A DNA stretch of 64,000 bases from Botryllus schlosseri. Taxonomy: Eukaryota. The translations under genes were made by a program, and so were the position numbers. The notes beneath the pieces were generated by a model. That model saw nothing but the letters and a program-made list of their open reading frames with translations, did no database searches and was not told the DNA's origin. This document shows, one piece after another, positions 39,301-50,490 of this stretch (position 1 is the first letter of the stretch; every line of letters starts with the position of its first letter). The stretch is from the NCBI GenBank assembly GCA_051294905.1, contig CM119371.1, forward strand, positions 10,480,001 through 10,544,000. The letters are read 5' to 3'.

Positions 39301-40929
39301 TAAATCCGTTTGTAACTTGGCCATCCAACTAGACAGTACCCGTACAGAAAGAAGACAAGATTACGCGAGTACATACAATCGCTACAATCTAAAATCCATA
39401 GCAAGTTCGGTTGTAGTCATAGTCCGCCAACTCGTATTTTTTGTTCAACTGTAAAAGTCGTTACTATTCTGTAAGATAAAGTAATTACTACTCGGTATAT
39501 TTTATAAACCAAAGTAAGTACTACTCGGTGTGAGGTTTCAGATTAACATATTACATTTGAGTATACGAGATTTGAATGTCTGACCAACGTAGTTGAGAAT
39601 TCTTACAATCGAACGCAGGTGTTATATTGAAAATTTTCACGATGTAAACATATGAATTGACACATTGATTTTGACATATGAGATTTTGTAATAGTCGATC
39701 ATGACTTGATTATTAAATTATGACATTATTAGACCTGCGTTGTGTTGAAGGTTATTACGATACCAACAAACTTTTCAGAAACATTGTTATTAACATATCG
39801 ATTTGTGAAACTAGATTAACATGTCTGAAATGTTTTGATTGGTAAGATTAAGCCGTGTTCGTAAAAACCACACAGCGTATTGTGGATATCAAGAAATATT
39901 TTACAAATGTAATTGTCTCCAGTAACCAAGACTAAAGATGAAACAACAATTTCCTTTGTTGAACAATAACCGGTACAATACTTTATCATCGTAATCTGCG
40001 GTGAGAATTGAAACACTTTCGCACATTACCCGGTGTCAAGATATCACACTGGGTGAATTGACATACCGCCGCTTGATTAATACCTAATCCGTTCGCACCA
40101 TTTCACCTACTTTGATCATTACAAAAGTAAATTGGAATATGTTTGCTAGATGCATTCAATTCAGTTAGAAATGTCTGGTGCACAACAATCGTAATATCAA
40201 GGAAGTACTTGCTACACTGTAATTCACTTAACATGTTTTGCATTGTTGTTCATTTGTAGTATTGATTGAAATTGTTTTTGAACCCCCAAATATTAATTCC
40301 CGACATGAAACCAAGCCACTGAAAGTCGTTACCATCACAACGAAACAATTTGTACGATGTTTGCCAAAATGTATCCTATAGTTAGGTGTACTAGAATTAT
40401 TTGTCTAACACATACACCGACAATGCAATCGAAAATTTTTCCGTTGTCATTCGCTAAAGTAAATGTCATCACAATACTCTGTCACTGAAAGACGTTACTT
40501 GTATGTGATTGAATCCCTAACAATAAACCCACTAAACCGAACTCCAAATAAATTTGACTCACTCGACGGATATGAAACAGCGTCGCTTAATCGGTCTATA
40601 TCGTTTTTCTAAAGGTAAATCATATCCAATAGAAAACAATTTTCACAAGCTTGGTAATGAAACCGAAGTCTTTATTCAATATTTTGTTTGTGTCAAATAC
40701 TTTGCAATAAACACACTGGAGTGGTTGAGCTTTACATCATCAGACTGTCATCTGTAAATCAAGCTTACATCCGATTTGTAACTGTATTGTTTACCTAACC
40801 GAGTTGTATGCACAGTTTGATATTTTTGTCATTCAGGGAGTGCAAATCCTTTTCACACTCGTAATAGTATACCAACAGCTACCGGCGACAACGTTTAACA
40901 ATACCAACAACACTAAACATACGATACCT

Positions 40930-41580
40930 ACCCAAGTAAAATTACCATTTCCACCTGGAGGTCAACCGTTACCTGAGTAAAAATACCATTGTCCTTTGGA
41001 GATTTATCGTTTACTCAGAGTAACAATACATTTCACTTGGGGGTCTATCGTTTCCCTGGGTAACAAACCTTTTTCACTTGGAAATATATTTTTTCTCTGG
41101 GTAACAAACCTTTTTCACTTGGAAATATATTTTTTTCCCTGATCAACAAACCATTTTCACTTGGAAATATATTTTTTACCACAGCAACAAACCATTTTCA
41201 CTTGGAAATATATTTTTTCCCTGAGCAACAAACCATTTTCACTTGGCGGTCCGTCGTTTACCTGAGTAAAAACATCACTTTCCTTTGGAGATCTATCGTT
41301 TATCCGGAGTAACAATACATTTTCACTTTGGGTTCTATCCTTTCCTAGAGTAACAAAACCCTTGTCGTTTGCAAATCTATTTTCTCCTACAACAACAAAC
41401 CATTTTCACTTGGAAAAATACTTTTACCTAGAGTAACTAATCATTTTCTTTCGGAAATATATTTTCTCTTGGGTAACAAACCCTTTTCGTTTGGAAAACT
41501 ATCATTTACCTGAGTACCAATACTGTTTTCACTTGGAAATCTTTTTTTTTCCTGGGTAACAATAGCATTTTCGTTTTGAA
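40930..41580. repeat. ~40-bp minisatellite in the left arm (mirror at ~44040-44690)
   Basis: Recurring unit approximately AACAAACCATTTTCACTTGGAAATATATTTTTTCCCTGAG, roughly 15 diverged copies. Confidence 0.85.
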
Positions 41581-41686
41581 AACTGACAACCACACCGGAA
41601 AATTTGATATTTTTGTATATTGTTACAACGGGCAGTGACAAAATATACACCAACAACGACTCCGATACATTTGTCTAATCAAATAT

Positions 41687-41935
41687 TCACTGGCTCTGAT
41701 GCATCCCATCAAAATCATTGGTTACTCGCATGCAATAACAATGTGCTGTTGTACATCGACATGTATGTTTTCGGAATTGGCGAATAAAGGGGTTTTCGAT
41801 ATGACCGTGATGTCCGGGTTCGTGCTTTGGATTTTCCAGAGTCAAAATGTCTGAATAAAACACCTCCTCGACTTTGGTAACTGGTTGGTACACGGATAAT
41901 GATGTTCGGAAAACGGATGAAATTATGTTCCCCAT
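41687..41935 (-). CDS. Hypothetical 82-aa protein, left-arm copy (MGNxxS start, Cys/His-rich C-terminus)
   Basis: ATG-initiated; differs from the right-arm copy at one residue (L/S). Confidence 0.4.
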   Translation of the reverse strand: MGNIISSVFRTSLSVYQPVTKVEEVFYSDILTLENPKHEPGHHGHIENPFIRQFRKHTCRCTTAHCYCMRVTNDFDGMHQSQ

Positions 41936-42974
41936 CGCGCGAACAACTACGGGTTACTTGCGGGTTTCCTCAGGTCTGTTTACTATATTGTGTCTTTACT
42001 GGGCAATACATATCGCTCCAGTCAGCTGAAACCGGATACCTAATATGAGAAAGTGTGTGGGCCGGATATTCACTCATGAACCAACGACCAATATTCAAGT
42101 AAACATGTTACAGACCGTGTTTTGTCTCCATGAAAAATACCAATGCATACACCATCACATCAAGTACGTCACGATTGTTCATACATACCAAGTATTCGCG
42201 TAAACGAGGTGTACATACAATGTGTCGGTGTACAAACATCATGGAAAACAAATTCATGTTCTCAAGTCTCATCATGCGACGACTCTGTACATTCAATGTG
42301 GGCAGAGATGACTTGGAGACAGGCAAGCAGCCATATTTGGACGTAACACGGTCTTAGTATGAACCGACCTCCACCCAACTTGTGAAAAATGAATCTCACA
42401 TGAGTACAGCCCTTTCACGGGTTCACACCTTGATTTTGCAAGATTGTTCAGATTCTCAGGTAGACTTACATCGTGATCCAGAGCTCAACATATAGTAAAA
42501 TCGGGTTGCCTAGTTCAATTACTCACCCAATCCTCGCGTATTCTTGGTCATAACCTGTGAACTTTTTTGCTGAGACCACAGTGATTCACCTGGTTTAATG
42601 TATTTGGCGATCATCATCGTTATCAATCTTTCACGCGATGAGTATGTCGGATGTCGCTACTCCCACATAACGACTTCAGCTAAACATCGTGAGCAGTGAC
42701 TCCGGATTGAAATCGTAAACGGAGATTATGTGTATGTGTGAATCTCGAGTTCAATCACGATTTGATAATGTAATCCAAGGTGTGTCTCTGCGGGTTGAAG
42801 ACTGATTTCGTGTTAACCTCTCCGCAAGAGGGTGCTGTCTCGTAATTCTACATGTCGTTATAAAACACGGTTGGAAACTTTTGTTCTAGTTGATCCAGCT
42901 ACGTATTGAAACGGTTCACCCACGCAGACCACTGAGAAAACGTTGTCGTTACCTGACTATATCCACGAGTAAAT

Positions 42975-43250
42975 ATGGGACTACGCGTAACGTTCCATAG
43001 ATTCCTCTGGCCCCACACCGTGGTTTTACGACACAGACAAGATGCAGCGGTGGAAATATTGAAAATGAAAAACGATACCTTGGTGACATTTGATTTGGAT
43101 TTTACACCTGATGAACCATACACTCGATTGGTACATTGGGATGACAACTCTATCGTCGAGGTCGAGGGAAAAGAAATGTACAGATTTGTTGGTGTTGTGG
43201 CTATTCAGCGAAAATCAGGGTATATGGTTGTGTATGGTTCGCATATTTGA
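42975..43250 (+). CDS. Hypothetical 91-aa protein in the unique spacer of the palindrome
   Basis: ATG in a TAAATATG context with TATAAAA ~115 bp upstream; globular-protein-like composition; no family recognised. Confidence 0.45.
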   Translation: MGLRVTFHRFLWPHTVVLRHRQDAAVEILKMKNDTLVTFDLDFTPDEPYTRLVHWDDNSIVEVEGKEMYRFVGVVAIQRKSGYMVVYGSHI

Positions 43251-43266
43251 CTGAGAATATATCGGT

Positions 43267-43506
43267 ATGCATAATGCACTGTCCATTGTATCATGTCGTG
43301 TGTCATCTCTGCCCACATTGAATGTACAGAGTCGTCGCATGATGAGACTTGAGAACATGAATTTGTTTTCCATGATGTTTGTACACCGACACATTGTATG
43401 TACACCTCGTTTACGCGAATACTTGGTATGTATGAACAATCGTGACGTACTTGATGTGATGGTGTATGCATTGGTATTTTTCATGGAGACAAAACACGGT
43501 CTGTAA
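43267..43506 (+). CDS. Hypothetical 79-aa ORF crossing the spacer/right-arm boundary
   Basis: ATG 16 bp after the previous stop. The left-arm mirror lacks this ATG and N-terminus. Confidence 0.3.
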   Translation: MHNALSIVSCRVSSLPTLNVQSRRMMRLENMNLFSMMFVHRHIVCTPRLREYLVCMNNRDVLDVMVYALVFFMETKHGL

Positions 43507-43678
43507 CATGTTTACTTGAATATTGGTCGTTGGTTCATGAGTGAATATACGGCCCACACACTTTCTCATATTAGGTATCCGGTTTCAGCTGACTGGAGCG
43601 ATATGTATTGCCCGGTAAAGACACAATATAGTAAACAGACCTGAGGAAACCCGCAAGTAACCCGGAGTTGTTCGCGCG

Positions 43679-43927
43679 ATGGGGAACATAATTTCATCCG
43701 TTTTCCGAACATCATTATCCGTGTACCAACCAGTTACCAAAGTCGAGGAGGTGTTTTATTCAGACATTTCGACTCTGGAAAATCCAAAGCACGAACCCGG
43801 ACATCACGGTCATATCGAAAACCCCTTTATTCGCCAATTCCGAAAACATACATGTCGATGTACAACAGCACATTGTTATTGCATGCGAGTAACCAATGAT
43901 TTTGATGGGATGCATCAGAGCCAGTGA
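43679..43927 (+). CDS. Hypothetical 82-aa protein, right-arm copy
   Basis: MGNIISS... with HGH and HTCRCTTAHCYC clusters; co-oriented with the two upstream small ORFs. Confidence 0.4.
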   Translation: MGNIISSVFRTSLSVYQPVTKVEEVFYSDISTLENPKHEPGHHGHIENPFIRQFRKHTCRCTTAHCYCMRVTNDFDGMHQSQ

Positions 43928-46268
43928 ATATTTGATTAGACAAATGTATCGGAGTCGTTGTTGGTGTATATTTTGTCACTGCCCGTTGTAACGATATACA
44001 AAAATATCAAATTGTCCGGTGTGGTTGTCAGTTTTCAAAACGAAAATGATATTGTTACCTAGGAAAAAAAAAAAGATTTCCAAGTGAAAACAGTATTGAT
44101 ACTCAGGTAAATGATAGTTTTCCAAACGAAAAGGGTTTGTTACCCAAGAGAAAATATATTTCCAAAAGAAAATCATTAGTTACTCTAGGTAAAAGTATTT
44201 TTCCAAGTGAAAATGGTTTGTTGTTGTAGGAGAAAATAGATTTGCAAACGACAAGAGTTTTGTTACTCTAGGAAAGGATAGAACCCAAAGTGAAAATGTA
44301 TTGTTACTCTGGATAAACGATAGATCTCCAAAGGAAAGTGATGTTTTTACTCAGGTAAACGACGGACCGCCAAGTGAAAATGGTTTGTTGCTCAGGGAAA
44401 AAATATATTTCCAAGTGAAAATGGTTTGTTGCTGAGGTAAAAAATATATTTCCAAGTGAAAATGGTTTGTTGATCAGGGAAAAAAATATATTTCCAAGTG
44501 AAAAAGGTTTGTTACCCAGAGAAAAAATATATTTCCAAGTGAAAAAGGTTTGTTACCCAGGGAAACGATAGACCCCCAAGTGAAATGTATTGTTACTCTG
44601 AGTAAACAATAAATCTCCAAAGGACAATGGTATTTTTACTCAGGTAACGGTTGACCTCCAGGTGGAAATGGTAATTTTACTTGGGTAGGTATCGTATGTT
44701 TAGTGTTGTTGGTATTGTTAAACGTTGTCGCCGGTAGCTGTTGGTATACTATTACGAGTGTGAAAAGGATTTGCACTCCCTGAATGACAAAAATATCAAA
44801 CTGTGCATACAACTCGGTTAGGTAAACAATACAGTTACAAATCAGATGTAAGCTTGATTTACAGATGACAGTCTGATGATGTAAAGCTCAACCACTCCAG
44901 TGTGTTTATTGCAAAGTATTTGACACAAACAAAATATTGAATAAAGACTTCGGTTTCATTACCAAGCTTGTGAAAATTGTTTTCTATTGGATATGATCTA
45001 CCTTTAGAAAAACGATATAGACCGATTAAGCGACGCTGTTTCATATCCGTCGAGTGAGTCAAATTTATTTGGAGTTCGGTTTAGTGGGTTTATTGTTAGG
45101 GATTCAATCACATACAAGTAACGTCTTTTAGTGACAGAGTATTGTGATGACATTTACTTTAGCGAATGACAACGGAAAAATTTTCGATTGCATTGTCGGT
45201 GTATGTGTTAGACAAATAATTCTAGTACACCTAACTATAGGATACATTTTGGCAAACATCGTACAAATTGTTTCAGTGGCTTGGTTTCATGTCGGGAATT
45301 ATTATTTGGGGGTTCAAAAACAATTTCAATCAATACTACAAATGAACAACAATGCAAAACATGTTAAGTGAATTACAGTGTAGCAAGTACTTCCTTGATA
45401 TTACGATTGTTGTGCACCAGACATTTCTAACTGAATTGAATGCATCTAGCAAACATATTCCAATTTACTTTTGTAATGATCAAAGTAGGTGAAATGGTGC
45501 GAACGGATTAGGTATTAATCAAGCGGCGGTATGTCAATTCACCCAGTGTGATATCTTGACACCGGGTAATGTGCGAAAGTGTTTCAATTCTCACCGCAGA
45601 TTACGATGATAAAGTATTGTACCGGTTATTGTTCAACAAAGGAAATTGTTGTTTCATCTTTAGTCTTGGTTACTGGAGACAATTACATTTGTAAAATATT
45701 TCTTGATATCCACAATACGCTGTGTGGTTTTTACGAACACGGCTTAATCTTACCAATCAAAACATTTCAGACATGTTAATCTAGTTTCACAAATCGATAT
45801 GTTAATAACAATGTTTCTGAAAAGTTTGTTGGTATCGTAATAACCTTCAACACAACGCAGGTCTAATAATGTCATAATTTAATAATCAAGTCATGATCGA
45901 CTATTACAAAATCTCATATGTCAAAATCAATGTGTCAATTCATATGTTTACATCGTGAAAATTTTCAATATAACACCTGCGTTCGATTGTAAGAATTCTC
46001 AACTACGTTGGTCAGACATTCAAATCTCGTATACTCAAATGTAATATGTTAATCTGAAACCTCACACCGAGTAGTACTTACTTTGGTTTATAAAATATAC
46101 CGAGTAGTAATTACTTTATCTTACAGAATAGTAACGACTTTTACAGTTGAACAAAAAATACGAGTTGGCGGACTATGACTACAACCGAACTTGCTATGGA
46201 TTTTAGATTGTAGCGATTGTATGTACTCGCGTAATCTTGTCTTCTTTCTGTACGGGTACTGTCTAGTT

Positions 46269-47464
46269 CAGAGGTCTCAAACACGCGGCCCGCGGGCCGC
46301 ATGTGGCCCGCCAGAGCATTTCGTGCGGCCCGCGAAGACATTTTAGATTTTTAATAATTTGAAAATATTTTAGTGTCACATATATCTTTTCAGGTTATAA
46401 AGTCGAAATCCCCTCTTAAATTGCCTCAAAAGCCTGAACTATTCATCGAACTTCGCTATCACATCAATTGCAAACGCTACCATGCAGTGGAAGATTCAAT
46501 ATTTCGCCACATTTCCAATTCATGATGACGAAACCTGACCCTTAGACGATTCGTGACTAAAATTTGTGAGTTGGACTTGCACGCGACCTTTCTTAGAAAT
46601 ACTCAGACTCGCAAAATGAAAATGACTCGAGTGGACTCGGAGTGACTCGGTATGTCGTGAATTTGTTAGAACCTTGAACGCAACAAACTAATCGCGTATC
46701 GGGAGAATAGCAATGGATCAGAAGGTCGCAGCTTTGTATTTCGCTAACTAAGCAAGTAGTTATAGCAACCGTTGGAAATCTGTCAGTTACATCTTTGGTC
46801 GCTAAACCATGTTACTAAGGCCACGTACAGGTACCGAGTACCGCAGTGGTACGCCCCAAGGATGTAACAACAATGGGCCGTTCGGCGTTCCGACATTTCA
46901 ATCACTAGGACACATTCAATAATATATTTATATTATATTTATATTTGTTTCTGCTCCTATATTTGAAGATATTTGGCCAAGAGATTAATAGCCTACTTAG
47001 CAGAAGTATACCCGAAACCTGGATTGGAATTACAATGCTAAACCTGACAATGTTTTGATATCAGATCAGTCTCTATTATCAATCTGTTAAATTCAAAATA
47101 TTCATAGTACCTGCAAAATTATAACCCGATAACTTTCATGATGGCATCATACATATGTCCGCCCATATGATGTCAATATGTTATAATAAATATATATCAA
47201 GTACAACAACAACTCTATTCAAGTAGTTATAAATGTGATGATTCTTTTCTTGCCAGGCCTAAATTTACACAAGAGTATATCACATTTTGACGATGTGTGT
47301 TTACTGATAGTCTGCTGGATCGGCTCACTTTCAATAGGACAATTAATTCCCGCCAAATAAGGCCTATTCGGAAAGACATAGAATACCCCTATAAATGCTG
47401 CGGCCCGCGGCGTCGTCAAAACGTGAAAACTGGCCCGCAAGCACATTTGAGTTTGAGACCTCTG
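46269..47464. mobile_element. hAT (Charlie-like) MITE present only in the right arm
   Basis: Perfect TIR CAGAGGTCTCAAAC...GTTTGAGACCTCTG; perfect 8-bp TSD GTCTAGTT. The left arm shows the single-copy empty site at ~39327-39334. Confidence 0.93.
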
Positions 47465-50400
47465 GTCTAGTTGGATGGCCAAGTTACAAACGGATTTACT
47501 TGACAAGGTCTTTATGATTGACTCTTTTGAGTATGGTGAGATGTTAAAATTTCGAGGTGTAATACTATTTCCATTAACTCAATTGTGACAAAAAAATACC
47601 CAGATAACTTGTTCAAGGCTTCTTTTGTTTCAAATCAACATGTGAATAATCAGTTATTGTGACAAGTTGAATATCGTACCGAAGTTGCGAGTGGTAACAG
47701 CACGCGATTGTGTAAGTGTGAAGACAGCGAGATGATGATCGTGTGAATAAATTAATCTGAAACGCAGTGGAGTTAAAGTTTACCCAGCCTGTCTGGCAAT
47801 CCTACTTCAAATCGCGATATGACAAAGTAGGTTGAAATATTCCGATTCAACTCATCGCATTGCAACTCGATCGTGTTATGTGCAAGCGGTTGTCAAGTTG
47901 GAAATGTTTACAACAATTGGCGATATTTCATTGATTGATTCTATTGTGAGTAGTAACACATTAAAATATCGCGATAGTAATTACTGAAATTCTCTTTGAC
48001 AAACGTAAAGACAGGTCGCGAATAGAGTTGTAATGTTTCATTACTTGTTTCAAATCAATGTGCGTATAATCTCGAAATGTGACTGGGTGAAAATTGGTAG
48101 TCATGTTTGTCCAACATATTTCAATTCACGCAATGTCAAAGTCCAAATATTTCATTCTGGATTATTTGGATTTACCTTTAGTACACCCCGCGAATGGACT
48201 CCGACACCGCACTATAACATTTTTTGATAATAAGGATTCAAGGATTTTCAATTAACAATGCCTGAATTTTTTTTTGGTAATGCTACAGTTGGTAAATGAT
48301 TAGTTGCGTGTTTTTGTTAAGCGTTTGATTTCTCAGTATTAAATATAATTATTGTGTGTGTATACTTGTGATTCCTGATTCTCATTGAGCTAGTTGGTAT
48401 TGATTCTATATGCGTGAAACAGCGACTCGGAATGTGCGAATAATTTGATGTGGCTGAAAGTCGGCGTCAGTAATATTCAGGTTACGTTCGATTCAACAGA
48501 TCGCGTTATTAGGATTTCTCAAAAGAATTAGAGTTGTGCCAAATTAACACATTCAGATAAGAATCAACTTGAGTTGTGTAGTAAGTTACATTTCAAGTTG
48601 ACAAATTGATACATTGCTTGAATATTTTCATGATTCTTATCATACAACTAAAGTCACTCACTGTTCCGAAGTGCCAAAACATATAGCGACTTCCAGAAAG
48701 TGTCAAATTGTTGGTTTTCGAATCACCGTCTGCGACGGCTCTGTCACAAACTTATTGCGGAAATATTACCTTGTGAACGATCGGTATGTCTGTAACACCA
48801 AATCATGAGCGATCGCTATGTCTGAAGCATTATCCGGTGAGTGGTCGTTGGATTTTAAAATTATTTCACACCTTTTTGAATAAGCGTTCACTTCACAAAG
48901 GATTAGGGTTAGAGCGGAAATAAGTGACAATTTGTCGCTATTCAAGTTACCGACACTGGCGGTCTGTTATTCGTTACTTATTAAATCTTACGAGTGAAAT
49001 CAAGTTCTGTGCCAAACTGCTTACGAAAATTTCACCGCGTGAGTGATCGATATGCCTGTAACACCAAGTCGCTAAAGATGGTTATGTCCGAGACATTATC
49101 TTGTCAGCGATCGCGTGGTTTTGCAAACTATTTCACACCTATTTGAAGTGTTAATTTGTGACCGTTGTTATTGTTGATATTCGAATCGCCGTCTACGCCG
49201 GCTCTGTGGTAATCTAATTACCCAAACATTACCATGCGAGTAATTCCTAGATTTTGCAAACTATTTTCACGCCTTTTTTATTGAAAGTACGACATTCCGC
49301 CCGCAGCCTATACCCGAAAGTACGAATCACCGCCGCACCCATAAGAATAACGATATATCATTGTCGCACTCGCCGTAAACGTTGGGATTACTTCAAATTG
49401 GTCACACGATCGGTCATTTGTCACGACTAAACTACGATGTCTTCATGTAGAACCGTGTGAGCGATCCCTATACCGAAAGGGCGATTCACGGCCGCACCCA
49501 TAAGACACAATAGCCGCATGCGACCGCACCCATAAGACGCAATAGCCGCTCGCCACCCCCGCCATAAGACGCAATAGCCGCATGCGACCGCACCCATAAA
49601 AACACATGGCGAGTCACCACAGATCCCGTAAGAATACACGGCAGGCGAATCACCGCCACCACCTATAGTAAAAAAGGCGAGTCACGACCACGAGTTTTCA
49701 CGATATACACATTAACAAAGATTCATTCACATGACTATTTACTTGATACATATTCAACACCGGTCGAGAGATGCATATACCGAAAAGGGTCACCGGTTCA
49801 AGACGAGTTTTCGCGGCACCGGTCGAGTGATCCCTATACCGAAAAGGGTCACCGGTTCAAGACGAGTTTCGAGGCACCGGTCGAGAGATCCCTATACTCA
49901 TAAGGCACCGGTCGGGTGGAAGGGGGGTCTGAAAGGGTCACCGGTTCAGGACGAGTTTTCGCGGCACCGGTCGGGTGCACCCATAAGAGACAACGCTAGT
50001 TCGCGACCGATCATACTAACTACTGGCGCAAAAATCGTGTAGACCAGTTTGATTTAATTCCTTTTCCGAATTTTCGATTAATATTATTGATAATGCAACT
50101 AATGGTAATAATTGACAGCATGAGAAACATAAGACTCACTGCTATCCGCTATGATTCATTGATTCACCTAAAATCAATATGGTCATGAATCATCAATTGT
50201 GGTGAATATTTTTATGCAGCTTTCGAGGTATACAATTCACTACTATATTCATATTGAACTAAACCGGAATATATTTTGCTGACATTATAGTCACGGGTAA
50301 TCGTCAGCAACTAGTAAAGAATTGGAAAGAACATTGTATATCTACAATCGTATCACAAAATATGACGTCACCAGCATGAAATGAAATCTCGAATAAGAGA

Positions 50401-50490
50401 GCGTTGAATATACTATTTTAAGAGGCTACATGAAATCCTTTGTAGACAAAGCTTGAGCAAAATGAATTCGTGTACCATCTTGGCTTGGAT

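Larger units (their letters stand above)
36781..42312. repeat. Left arm of giant inverted repeat (5,532 bp)
   Basis: Reverse complement of 43302-50024. Mirror-image ORFs are identical or nearly so, e.g. 37991-38185/48614-48808, 38571-38765/48033-48227, 39816-40016/45579-45779, 41687-41935/43679-43927. Confidence 0.95.
36781..50024. mobile_element. Non-autonomous Polinton/Maverick-like element, 13,244 bp, giant palindrome
   Basis: Termini AGTAGTTAGTATG...CATACTAACTACT; perfect 6-bp TSD GGCGCA (36775-36780, 50025-50030); ~5.5-kb inverted arms; no long ORF. Confidence 0.8.
43302..50024. repeat. Right arm of giant inverted repeat (6,723 bp including a 1.2-kb MITE)
   Basis: Inverted identity to 36781-42312 begins at GTCATCTCTGCCCACATTG (43302). 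Confidence 0.95.
34654..50049. mobile_element. CACTG-ended (CMC/Chapaev-like) non-autonomous element, ~2.1 kb, split near its right end by the Polinton-like insertion
   Basis: Left end CACTGGTC...TTGCGC; reconstituted right end GCGCAAAAATCGTGTAGACCAGTT; 3-bp TGA on both sides. Subterminal motif CTAATTT..GGT.GCTGAAT.CGA.TCTG..GTCA occurs at ~34705 and ~35047 and inverted at ~36716-36752. Paralogous sites at ~19700 and ~58130 are empty. Confidence 0.6.

Noticed and set aside
40930..41580. CRISPR-like array
   Set aside because: Whole units are similar to each other with no unique spacers, there are no cas genes, and the context is eukaryotic. It is a minisatellite.
36781..50024. Giant palindrome as an assembly or fold-back chimera artefact
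   Set aside because: The perfect 6-bp TSD, continuous host sequence across the site, unique spacer and arm-specific SNPs, indels and MITE argue for a real insertion.
49731..50042. Arg-rich 103-aa ORF (mirror 36733-36978) as a terminal or core protein
   Set aside because: It is a translation of the subterminal repeat array, runs out of the element into flanking DNA, and differs between arms.
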